In this document: in pieces, positions 54,995 to 64,000 of the stretch
How positions within the stretch are numbered: position 1 is the first letter of the stretch
How the letters are laid out: the number at the start of each line of letters is the position of its first letter
NCBI GenBank assembly: GCA_963674595.2
Contig: CAXXFV010000006.1
Location: 1 to 64,000 of the forward strand
DNA length: 64,000 nucleotides
Direction of reading: 5' to 3'
Source: a bacterium
GTDB lineage: Bacteria; Zhuqueibacterota; Zhuqueibacteria; Residuimicrobiales; Krinioviventaceae
The notes under the pieces: generated by a model
What the model saw: the letters and a program-made list of their open reading frames with translations, nothing else
The model's database searches: none
What the model was told of the DNA's origin: nothing
Position numbers and translations under genes: made by a program

Positions 54995-55939
54995 ATGAAT
55001 CTTTGGGACCATTTAGCGAATTTTTTGGATTATCTGCATATTGAAAAACACGTTTCCAGCCATACTGCCGAAGCCTATCAACGTGATTTGGACCGATATT
55101 TAAAATTTCTTTCATTACAACAAATTACTGATCCCGAACAAATTTCCAGAACACATATTCATTCCTACCTGGAAACTCTTCATGAACTTTTTCTAAGCCC
55201 AGCAACAATTTCGAGAAACCTCTCTGCTATAAGGACTTTTCATAAATTTTTAATTGGCGAAGATTTTTTAAAAGCAGATCCTTCTTTAGATACTTCCGTA
55301 CCGAAACCCTGGATGAAACTCCCTGAAGTGCTTGATGTGTCGGAAGTGGAAAAACTGCTGGAATACCCGGATATTTCTACTCATACCGGTTTACGGGACC
55401 GTGCCCTTCTGGAATGTCTTTATGCTACAGGTATGCGTGTTTCCGAATTAGTCAATCTGAAGACCATTGATATTTTTTGGGACGATGAATTTGTTCGTGT
55501 ATTTGGCAAGGGTTCCAAAGAACGGCTCGTGCCTATCGGCAAAACCGCCCTGGACTGGATTCGGATATATATAAAAGAAATACGTTACCCATTATCCCAA
55601 CAGGGACTTTCAGGCGATATTTTATTTTTAAATCGTTTTGGGAAAAGGCTAAGCCGACAAAGCGTTTGGATTTTAATCAAAAAATATAGCCGAGATTCCG
55701 GTATAAAAAAATTCACCAGTCCACATACATTACGGCATTCCTTTGCCACTCATTTGGTGGAAGGTGGAGCCGACCTGCGTGCCGTACAGGAAATGCTGGG
55801 TCATGCTGATATTTCCACAACGCAAATTTATACCCATCTTGACAGGGAGTTTTTAAAACAAGTACACCGTAATTATCATCCTTTGGAATCCGGCAAATTG
55901 TGGCGAAAAAAGGATAAGGACAGGGGGGAAGAACTTTGA
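54995..55939 (+). CDS. xerD: Site-specific tyrosine recombinase XerD
   Basis: LYATGMRVSEL, GKGSKER, SPHTLRHSFATHL..GADLRAVQEMLGHADISTTQIYTH. Confidence 0.92.
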   Translation: MNLWDHLANFLDYLHIEKHVSSHTAEAYQRDLDRYLKFLSLQQITDPEQISRTHIHSYLETLHELFLSPATISRNLSAIRTFHKFLIGEDFLKADPSLDTSVPKPWMKLPEVLDVSEVEKLLEYPDISTHTGLRDRALLECLYATGMRVSELVNLKTIDIFWDDEFVRVFGKGSKERLVPIGKTALDWIRIYIKEIRYPLSQQGLSGDILFLNRFGKRLSRQSVWILIKKYSRDSGIKKFTSPHTLRHSFATHLVEGGADLRAVQEMLGHADISTTQIYTHLDREFLKQVHRNYHPLESGKLWRKKDKDRGEEL

Positions 55940-56688
55940 GCACTGTTGGTTGTCATATTCTTCGGTTCCGGTCTTTGTCCTCAACAAATGATTATGCTAA
56001 AAATTTCGCAGAACATTTATTGGATGGAACTGTTATTGTTGCCGATGAACAAACAAAAGGACGGGGACGTTTCAACAGGACCTGGACTTCCTTAAAAGAC
56101 AGGGGATTGTATTTTTCAATAGTTTTAAAACCCACAATTAGTCATTTACCATTACCGATTTTTTCACTTTTACCGACATTGGCCGTTATCAAGGCTATAA
56201 AAAAAGTTTGTGATATTGATGCCTATATTAAATGGCCGAATGATATTTATTTTGAAAAGAAAAAGGTTTCCGGTATCCTTGTGGAATCCATGTCAGGCGG
56301 GAACAATATCAAGCAAATTGTTTTGGGAATTGGAATTAATTTGTTTGACACTTTTCGATTGGAGAAAAAGTACCCTGATAAAGCTGCCTTTTTGGATAAA
56401 TTTTCAAAAACTACATTTTCAAAAGAACAACTGTTGAATGCTGTGATAAAAGAATTGGAAAATTATTATTTTTTAATTCATTCTCAAAAATTAGTTTTAA
56501 AAACAGTTATAAAAGAATGGAATTCTTTTTGCGGTCATATTGATAAATCCGTCCGGGTCATCAATAAAAAATCATGTTTTACCGGTATTTTTAAGGGAAT
56601 TAACGATTCCGGTGAGGCTGTTATTCTTCGTAACAGTGGAAAAATATTTCATTATCAGGCAGAACACATATCATTAAAGGAGATGTGA
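55936..56688 (+). CDS. birA: Biotin--acetyl-CoA-carboxylase ligase (no HTH)
   Basis: STND, QTKGRGR, KWPND, K.SGILVE, GIGIN. Confidence 0.94.
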   Translation: MSTVGCHILRFRSLSSTNDYAKNFAEHLLDGTVIVADEQTKGRGRFNRTWTSLKDRGLYFSIVLKPTISHLPLPIFSLLPTLAVIKAIKKVCDIDAYIKWPNDIYFEKKKVSGILVESMSGGNNIKQIVLGIGINLFDTFRLEKKYPDKAAFLDKFSKTTFSKEQLLNAVIKELENYYFLIHSQKLVLKTVIKEWNSFCGHIDKSVRVINKKSCFTGIFKGINDSGEAVILRNSGKIFHYQAEHISLKEM

Positions 56689-57455
56689 TGTTATTAGCTG
56701 TAGACATTGGGAACACACAAATAGCTGCCGGTTTATTCAGGGGAGATGAGCTTGTTGCGCATTGGCGATTATCCAGCACCTATGAACGTACTGAAGACGA
56801 AACCTGGGTCATTATGCAGTCTATTTGCCAGGCCCATGGATTTGATATTACCGAAACGACCGGTATGGCTGTTTCATCTGTTGTGCCGGGAATGACCCGT
56901 ACATTTGAAAAAATGGCGTCAAAATATCTAAAAACGAGTCCTGTTGTTGTGTCCCATCAGATTGATTTGGGTATTCAAATTTTATATAAAAATCCGTCAA
57001 ACGTTGGAGCAGACAGATTATGTAATGCTGTCGGCGGATTTATAAAATATGGAGGGCCGTTAATAGTTGTTGATTTTGGTACGGCAACAACCTTTGATGT
57101 TATTTCCAAAAATGCCGAATATTTGGGCGGAATTATTGCGCCGGGTATTGAAATGTCATCCATGATATTGCATCAACGTGCTGCCAAATTACCACGTGTG
57201 GAATTAAGTTTTCCTGAACATGTTATCGGGAATTGCACCGAAGACAGTATGCGATCCGGTTTGATGTATGGGACGGTTGAAATGATTGACGGAATGATAA
57301 AAAGAATTTCGAATGAATTGCAGGAAAAAGTGACGGCTATTGCAACAGGCGGGTTGGCAAGAGTGATTATTGAAAAACTGGAAACTGTGGAAATTATAGA
57401 ACCGTATCTAACCTTGGACGGTTTGTTGAATATATATAAACGAGTAAGGCATTAG
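56685..57455 (+). CDS. coaX: Type III pantothenate kinase
   Basis: DIGNT, SSVVP, GADR, VDFGTATT, GGIIAPG, ATGG. Confidence 0.95.
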   Translation: MMLLAVDIGNTQIAAGLFRGDELVAHWRLSSTYERTEDETWVIMQSICQAHGFDITETTGMAVSSVVPGMTRTFEKMASKYLKTSPVVVSHQIDLGIQILYKNPSNVGADRLCNAVGGFIKYGGPLIVVDFGTATTFDVISKNAEYLGGIIAPGIEMSSMILHQRAAKLPRVELSFPEHVIGNCTEDSMRSGLMYGTVEMIDGMIKRISNELQEKVTAIATGGLARVIIEKLETVEIIEPYLTLDGLLNIYKRVRH

Positions 57456-57479
57456 AATAAATGCCTTACTCAAATATTA

Positions 57480-57710
57480 TTATACAGAAACAACCTCAAT
57501 AACTTCAGGCAACTGACGTTTCAATTCTTTTTCAATTCCCATTTTCAAGGTCAATTGGGCCATTGGACACGTTCCACAGGCGCCTTGTAGTTTTACTTTA
57601 ACAATTCCCTCTTCAACAGCGACAAGTTCTACATTGCCGCCGTCAGCCATAAGGGCCGGACGAATTGTATCTAATACGCTATCTACAGCATTAAAATCTA
57701 ATTGTGACAT
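57480..57710 (-). CDS. NifU/NfuA-like Fe-S carrier domain protein
   Basis: IRPAL..DGGNVEL, GACGTCP. Confidence 0.92.
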   Translation of the reverse strand: MSQLDFNAVDSVLDTIRPALMADGGNVELVAVEEGIVKVKLQGACGTCPMAQLTLKMGIEKELKRQLPEVIEVVSV

Positions 57711-57728
57711 AATATTTTCCTGTTATTT

Positions 57729-58586
57729 TTATTGTGCATTTGTTTCGTTATTTTCTTCTACCGGTTCTTCTTCCGGAATTTCGCCGCGTACAACATAGGA
57801 CTTTGACGGGCATTTTTTAGCAGCAGCATATAATTCAATATGATTTGTATCCTGAATAACCGGAAGGTTTCCTTCCATTTGAATAGCACCGGATGGTGTT
57901 ACTTTGGGCATGGTACAAATTTTACATGCAAAACAACCTACTTTACAAACAGACTTGACGGCTTTGGCTTTTCCCTGAGAAACACATCCCAAAAATACTT
58001 TTTGACTGCGGGGTATTAAGGTCATAATACCTTTAGGACAGGTTGAAACACAAATTCCACAGGCAGTACATTTGTCTTCAATAACGACGGGCAAACCATT
58101 TTCATTCATATACATAGCATCAAAGGGGCATGCTTTAACACAGGAACCGAGTCCCAAACAGCCATATTGACAGGCTTTTAAACCGCCGCCAACCAGCATT
58201 GCCGCATGGCAATCCTGAACGCCCTGATATTCAAATTTTTCCTGAGCTTCTTCTTTTCCGCCACGACATTGTACAACAGCCACTTTGGGTTCTTCCGATT
58301 CCAGTGCTTCAAGACCCATAATTTTTGAAATTATTTCAGAAACAGCCTGGCCACCCGGTGTACATTTATTGGGCGGAACTTTGCCGGATACGACAGCCTC
58401 TGCATAAGCGGAACAGCCCGGTTGACCACAGGCGCCGCAATTGGCACCCGGCAATGATTCAATAATTTGTTCAATTTTGGGATCCACTTTAACAGCAAAT
58501 TTTTTAGCTGCATAAGCCAATCCTAATCCAAAAAATAAACCCAAAGCTCCAAGAGCAATAATAGAAGAAAGAAACATTAGATCCAT
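57729..58586 (-). CDS. rnfB: RnfB-like Fe-S electron transport subunit
   Basis: N-terminal TM, LPGANCGACGQPGC, C.YGCLGLGSC...CPFDA, CTACGICVSTCP. Confidence 0.85.
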   Translation of the reverse strand: MDLMFLSSIIALGALGLFFGLGLAYAAKKFAVKVDPKIEQIIESLPGANCGACGQPGCSAYAEAVVSGKVPPNKCTPGGQAVSEIISKIMGLEALESEEPKVAVVQCRGGKEEAQEKFEYQGVQDCHAAMLVGGGLKACQYGCLGLGSCVKACPFDAMYMNENGLPVVIEDKCTACGICVSTCPKGIMTLIPRSQKVFLGCVSQGKAKAVKSVCKVGCFACKICTMPKVTPSGAIQMEGNLPVIQDTNHIELYAAAKKCPSKSYVVRGEIPEEEPVEENNETNAQ

Positions 58587-58762
58587 AAAATTCACTCGTT
58601 GATATGCGGTTAAATGTTTAAGTCAGGTAATATAAACATTGTGCATAATAATTGCAAGTTGAAATAAAGGACAGGAGTTGTGTTTTTATATTTTTAAGCA
58701 GACTAGGTGCTAACTATTTTGATGTTATATGTATCACTTCACGGCCAATAACATATTTGCAT

Positions 58763-58795
58763 AAAAAACCTCAAGGGATTTGTCAGCCCTTGAGG
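58763..58795 (-). terminator. Terminator after the ABC exporter operon
   Basis: CCTCAAGGG / CCCTTGAGG stem plus T6 on the minus strand. Confidence 0.8.
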
Positions 58796-58822
58796 AAAAA
58801 TATTATATTTTTTAAATTCTGA

Positions 58823-59489
58823 TTATTCTTCTTTTTCTAACCAGCCATCCAGCAAATGAATAATTCTGTCTCCGTAGGCGGCTTTTTGTTCGTCATGCGT
58901 AACCTGTATGATTGTAGTCCCTTCACTATTTAATTGTTTCAGCATATCCATTATCTCAAATCCCTGTTTCGAATTCAAATTTCCGGTCGGTTCATCAGCC
59001 AGGATCAGTTTGGGATTTATAATAAGCGCGCGCTATGGCCACCAACTGTTGCTGTCCGCCGGAAAGCTGGCTTGGAAAGAGGTCTTTTTTAGCGACCATA
59101 TTAAATCTATCCAGTATATCGGCAATCAGGCTTTTCCGTTCTGATGTTTTGACTTTTTTGTAAAGTAAGGGTGTTTCAAGGTTTTCATACACGGTCAAAT
59201 CATCGATAAGATGGTATTGTTGAAACACAAATCCGATATATTGCTGATGTAACAGGGTCCTTTTTTTCTCGTTGAGTGAATGGACCGGTTCCTCAAAAAA
59301 GTAATATTCCCCTCCCGAGGCATCATCCAGCATGCCGATAATATGCAGCAACGTCGATTTTCCGGCACCTGAAGGTCCCATAATTGTAACAAACTCGCCC
59401 TGGTTAATTGTCAGGTCTATATTTCGTAAAACCCATGTTTTTACAAATTTATTGGAATAGTATTTTTCTATTTCTTTCAACTTTATCAT
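58823..59489 (-). CDS. ABC transporter ATP-binding protein (LolD/MacB type), frameshift near 59020-59033
   Basis: GPSGAGKST, LSGGQQQ. After the shift the reading continues NPKLILADEPTGNL...QVTHD...EKEE*. Confidence 0.9.
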
Positions 59490-59503
59490 TTTGTTCTCCT
59501 GTG

Positions 59504-61885
59504 TTATTCGTATTTTAAAGAGTGTATAGGATTCTTTTTAACTGTTTTGATGATCTGACTGCTAATGGCAGTTAATGCTGTTATGAATGATATAACGACC
59601 GCTATAATAAAAACATTTGAATTATTATTGGATAGAAAAAGCAATCCTGTTTTTAATATACTTTGCCATATAAAATAAACGAAAATAATACCTGTAAGAT
59701 TTGCTATGAGTATAATTGTAATAAAATTTTTACTGACTGTCCATGATATTTGTAAAAACGTAGCACCCAGTACTTTTCGAATCCCGATTTCTTTTGTCCT
59801 GTGTTCTATAAGTAATGACGTTAAGCCGAACAGCCCAAGACTTGAAAATAAAATACAAACAATTCCAATAATTTGTAAAAATACAGAGATTCGTTTAATC
59901 ATACCCATGGAATCCAGAAAAGTTTCTTCTATAGAAACACATTTGCATGGTACATTTGGTATCAGGTTGTTCCAAATCTTTTCGATTTCTTTATCTATGT
60001 CCCGAAAAGGAATTTCATTTGCATGTCTGAAAAGTATATAATTTAAATTGTTTTTTTGCAAATACAAAATTGCCGGGGGTATTCCAAAACCAATATCCGC
60101 TAAAATAAAATCGTCAACAACCCCGGTAATGATTCCTGATTTTCCATCAGCGATTAGTTCTTGTCCCAAAGGATTTTTCAAACCGAGTTTTTTTACAGCG
60201 GATTTATTGATTAAAAAGCTGTTTTTTCTAGTTAAATTTTTATCGAAACGATAACCCTGTTCGAGATTGATTTTAACGGTTTTTATAAAATCCTGGTCAA
60301 CACCATACATTTCAATTAAAAGTGCGTTTTGTTTATCTGTTCCATTGACGTATACTGATTTTGGATTTGTCCACATATCCGGTAATTCTTTGCATGCTGT
60401 TATATTTTCCACAAAAGGGAGGCGGCCAAGCTCTGTTTTTACGATTTCTTTTTTTGATTCCGATAACCCGTCAACCTTAATTGCCGCAAGATTTTTACGT
60501 TCAAAACCAAAATCAGCATTGATAATATTGTTATATTGGTTTTTAGCGATTCCTGAAAAGGCAATAATCATAATCGACAAAATAAATTGAAACATGATTA
60601 AAATTTTGGTTGGTGTTTTATTGGATTTTGTTTTTGCTTTTTTATTTTCAAACAGGGCCTTGACACTCATTTTTGATAGAATAATGGAAGGATAGAAACC
60701 GGTAAAAAGTCCGACAATTACGGATGTAATAACCATATACCTGAATAAAAATGGGTAATTAGTTATTGAATAATGTGAATGGGCGATTTTTAAGGGCGCC
60801 GGCGTACCGATATATGCAAAAAGTGTCGGTGAAACAAGCTCGAACAATACCAGGGCCAGAGGAAGTGCAATGAGTGATATCAGCAGGGATTCGCCCATAA
60901 ATTGACGAAACAGAGCAAATTGTCCGGCGCCGACAATTTTTCGAACGCTGATTTCTTTTGTCCTCTGCATGTAACGGGCAATTGAAAGTGTTATAAAATT
61001 AATGCTGACGATCAAAAGAAGCAATGAACCGATCAGCAATAGAATGACAACACTTGTTTTGTTGGAACTGCTCAGGCATGATTCGATGTGAGAACCATTT
61101 AATCTGAAATCCTGTAAGGGAAATAGATAAACATTTGATTTTTCATATTCTTTTAAAAAATGTGTCTTAAAAAGAAAAGAAAGCTGGTTTTCTATTTGCT
61201 CTCTTGATATTTCAGAGTTTGTTCGAATAAAAGTTGTACAATTTAATGGTTCCTGGTCTTGCGAATTTGAGGTAAGGGCGTTCCTCGATTCAATTGGAAT
61301 CAGGAACTCAAATTTTAGTGATGATGTTTTGGGAATGTCCTGAACCACGCCGGTAACTGTCAGATCAATTTTATTTTCCAGAGAGAGTGTTTTGCCTATT
61401 GGGTTCTGTTTTCCAAAATATTTTATTGCGGCCGTTTTTGATAAAACAATAGAGTGGGGATCAATCAGTGCTGTTTCGGGCTCTCCTGTTACCATTTTAT
61501 ATGAAAAGAATGTTAAAAAGTTGGGATCAGTGAAAAGGACGTTTTGTTCAAAAAATTGTCTTGTTTTTTCTTTAAATAAAAGTCCGCTTTTGGGAATAAT
61601 ACGTACCTTTTTTAAATCGGGCCATTCGTTTTGTATCATAGGACCCGTTGTCAATGGTATAAATGTTGTATGTTTTTCTTTATTGTCCTTTTCCATGACC
61701 TGAACGATGGTATATATATCCTGAGAATTTTTATGAAATTTATCTGCGTTTAGCTTGATCCCTGATGTTAAGGCAAAAAATGCAAATCCGGCCATGCCAA
61801 CGGCCAGCCCCAAGATGTTGATAAGGGTAAATAACTTTTGCTTATAAAGATTTCGAAGAGCTATTTTTATGTAATGAATAATCAT
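59504..61885 (-). CDS. ABC transporter permease (MacB-PCD/FtsX double-repeat type)
   Basis: INILGLAVG, RTKEISVRKIVGA, QF.LS, RTKEIGIRKVLGA, SLKYE end. Confidence 0.93.
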   Translation of the reverse strand: MIIHYIKIALRNLYKQKLFTLINILGLAVGMAGFAFFALTSGIKLNADKFHKNSQDIYTIVQVMEKDNKEKHTTFIPLTTGPMIQNEWPDLKKVRIIPKSGLLFKEKTRQFFEQNVLFTDPNFLTFFSYKMVTGEPETALIDPHSIVLSKTAAIKYFGKQNPIGKTLSLENKIDLTVTGVVQDIPKTSSLKFEFLIPIESRNALTSNSQDQEPLNCTTFIRTNSEISREQIENQLSFLFKTHFLKEYEKSNVYLFPLQDFRLNGSHIESCLSSSNKTSVVILLLIGSLLLLIVSINFITLSIARYMQRTKEISVRKIVGAGQFALFRQFMGESLLISLIALPLALVLFELVSPTLFAYIGTPAPLKIAHSHYSITNYPFLFRYMVITSVIVGLFTGFYPSIILSKMSVKALFENKKAKTKSNKTPTKILIMFQFILSIMIIAFSGIAKNQYNNIINADFGFERKNLAAIKVDGLSESKKEIVKTELGRLPFVENITACKELPDMWTNPKSVYVNGTDKQNALLIEMYGVDQDFIKTVKINLEQGYRFDKNLTRKNSFLINKSAVKKLGLKNPLGQELIADGKSGIITGVVDDFILADIGFGIPPAILYLQKNNLNYILFRHANEIPFRDIDKEIEKIWNNLIPNVPCKCVSIEETFLDSMGMIKRISVFLQIIGIVCILFSSLGLFGLTSLLIEHRTKEIGIRKVLGATFLQISWTVSKNFITIILIANLTGIIFVYFIWQSILKTGLLFLSNNNSNVFIIAVVISFITALTAISSQIIKTVKKNPIHSLKYE

Positions 61886-61900
61886 TTTTTGCCTCTGGTT

Positions 61901-64000
61901 CTATTCGTATCTTAAGGACTCTACAGGGTCCATGTTTGCTGCTTTGAGCGTGTGAAAGAATATTGTAAGGCAGGCGACCAATAGAGCCGCCATACCCGGA
62001 AGAATAAACATGACCACGTTAAACTGTATGCGATAAGCATAGTTTTGTGCCCAGTTTGACATTATCCACCAGGAAAATGGAATGGCTAAAATATTGGCGG
62101 CAATAATCCAGATACCGAACTGTTTCAAAAACATAAACAGAATGTTTGCTGAGGACGCACCGACAACTTTGCGAATGCCGATTTCTTTGGTGCGTTCTAT
62201 TGTAATAAATGTTACAAGTCCGAATAGTCCCAAACACGCAATTAAGATGGATAAAAATGCAAATATTATAAAAATACGGTGCATTTGAACTTCTGAAAGG
62301 TATAAGGCTTTTAATGTGCCGTCTAAAAAATCATATTGGAACTCCTGGCCGGGAAAGGTTTTGTCCCAGGTTTTTTGTATATAGGCAATTGTTTCTGCTG
62401 TTTTTGCTGTGTTTATTTTTATGGAAATGTGTTTAATGTCCTGCGGTGATGTCAGTAAAAACACGGTCGGTTGAATTTTCAAGTGCAGGGACTGTAGGTG
62501 AAAATCTTTAAGCACACCTGTTATGCTGCTTTCCCGTTTTGTATTCGTGTCAACAGTCATAACAAGCTCGTTACCGATGACCTGTTCAGGCGTTAAATTG
62601 AGTGACCGGCAGGCCCGTTCGTTTAACAAAAATGAGGATTGTTGATCTGCTCCAAAGTCTCTTGAAAATGGCCGTCCTGCAACTGTTGCCAGATTATATG
62701 TTTTAACAAAATCATAATCAATCATCATCAGCATCAGGTTATAGGTTTCACCGGTGTCCTTTTTCCTGAAATTTGTATCCATCATTGTTTTTGTGCCCGG
62801 AACGTTTGAGGATGCCGACACGGAAACAATGTGTTGGTGCTGTAAAAGACGGTTTCTAAACGTATCAATGTTTTCACGAACGATTTTACTGTCTGCCGGG
62901 AGGGTAATTATGTTTTCTTTATCAAAGCCAAGCGACTTGTTTTGCATAAATGTCATCTGAGAGTAAATAATAATCGTGCTGATAATAATAAAAATGGAAA
63001 TTGCAAACTGCATAATCACCATGGCCTTACGAAAACCGGCTTTTCCCTTGCCTGTAATGTTGCTGCCTTTTAAAATAAGGGCCGGTTCCAGCGACGTCAA
63101 ATAAACCGCCGGAATCAAACCCGATAATATGCCGGTAGCAACTGTGATTAAGAGGAAAATAACCCAGTGAAAATCCTGAAATAACCATAGCACCGTTAGA
63201 TTTTTATCAGTGAGGTTGTTGAAAAATGGGGCCGTCAGTGCGATTAATAAAATTGCGGCCAGCAGTGATAATAAAGCGGTCAACAGCGATTCACCAAATT
63301 GTTGGATTAAAAGCTGGCTTTTATTGGCACCGATGGTTTTTCGTAAACCAACCTCTTTAGCTTTTTTAGTTGCTTTGGCCGTTTCAAGATTGGTAAAGTT
63401 TATACCGGCAATAACAAGAATCAATAAAGCAACTGCGGAAAAAATGTAAACCGTGCTCATTTTACCTTGCGGGGCGATTTCATATTCCCGGCTCGGATAC
63501 AGGTGTATGCTTGACAGCGGTTTCAACCGCAGTTTAAACACCTTGTTCACATCTTCATCGGGACCAAAGTAGGCGGCAAACTCGGCTGATATATATTTTA
63601 TCATAAACGGTGGAAATTTTTGTTCCAGTTCGTTTAAATCCGTACCCGGGCGCAACAGCAAATAAGTATATTGCTGACGGCCAAACCATTCGTTCATCAT
63701 GTCCTTTGGATAAGAGGCATTGGATAAAAGGACGTCAAAGCGAACGTGAGAATTGTCCGGTGTTTCCTGCAGTATACCGGTTATTTTAAAATCAACGTCC
63801 TCTCCAAGCCAGTTTACCGTCAAAGATTGTCCGATTGGATCTTTGGTGCCCGTGTATTTAAGGGCCATTTTTTCCGTAATAACCGTTGTGAATGGTTCTG
63901 TTAAAGCGTTTTGTATATTTCCATTTTTTAAGGTAAAATCAAATACCTTAAACAAACTATTGTCTACAATCATCACTTTTTCTTTTCGAAACAAGTTGCG
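61901..64000 (-). CDS. ABC transporter permease (MacB/FtsX type), 5' end beyond window
   Basis: KEVGLRKTIGA, IACLGLFGL, RTKEIGIRKVVGA, SLRYE end. Confidence 0.93.
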   Translation of the reverse strand, partial: RNLFRKEKVMIVDNSLFKVFDFTLKNGNIQNALTEPFTTVITEKMALKYTGTKDPIGQSLTVNWLGEDVDFKITGILQETPDNSHVRFDVLLSNASYPKDMMNEWFGRQQYTYLLLRPGTDLNELEQKFPPFMIKYISAEFAAYFGPDEDVNKVFKLRLKPLSSIHLYPSREYEIAPQGKMSTVYIFSAVALLILVIAGINFTNLETAKATKKAKEVGLRKTIGANKSQLLIQQFGESLLTALLSLLAAILLIALTAPFFNNLTDKNLTVLWLFQDFHWVIFLLITVATGILSGLIPAVYLTSLEPALILKGSNITGKGKAGFRKAMVIMQFAISIFIIISTIIIYSQMTFMQNKSLGFDKENIITLPADSKIVRENIDTFRNRLLQHQHIVSVSASSNVPGTKTMMDTNFRKKDTGETYNLMLMMIDYDFVKTYNLATVAGRPFSRDFGADQQSSFLLNERACRSLNLTPEQVIGNELVMTVDTNTKRESSITGVLKDFHLQSLHLKIQPTVFLLTSPQDIKHISIKINTAKTAETIAYIQKTWDKTFPGQEFQYDFLDGTLKALYLSEVQMHRIFIIFAFLSILIACLGLFGLVTFITIERTKEIGIRKVVGASSANILFMFLKQFGIWIIAANILAIPFSWWIMSNWAQNYAYRIQFNVVMFILPGMAALLVACLTIFFHTLKAANMDPVESLRYE

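Noticed and set aside
54995-55939. XerD as integron integrase or island integrase
   Set aside because: Typical XerD motifs, housekeeping context, no IntI-specific insertion, and 28 kb from the attC.

Overview
AT-rich bacterial chromosome segment. The gene style (propeller/Y_Y_Y sensor kinase, PorT-like barrel, MacB-type permeases, GH78) suggests an FCB-group lineage such as KSB1/Calditrichota, which is an inference only. Layout: (1) 1-7.6 kb, accessory block (split TPP-dependent decarboxylase, SAM methyltransferase, GntR-LacI regulator, GH78 rhamnosidase), most of it lying between a tRNA-fMet gene and a degenerate copy of that tRNA's 3' half; (2) uxaC and a four-gene two-component cluster; (3) a nine-gene shikimate/aromatic amino acid operon preceded by an unannotated 20-codon Tyr/Phe/Trp-rich leader peptide with competing antiterminator and terminator hairpins, i.e. 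a ribosome-mediated attenuator and the strongest hidden signal here; (4) a 4.5-kb variable patch (26.7-31.2 kb) with a decayed vapBC pair, a lone integron attC site, a PLAT-like gene, two envelope genes and two arrays of ~154-bp palindromic tandem repeats; (5) housekeeping genes from polX to coaX, then NifU/RnfB-like genes and an ABC exporter. Several single-indel frameshifts in simple repeats, including one in fmt, suggest assembly errors. All calls are by eye from sequence motifs; no database searches were run.
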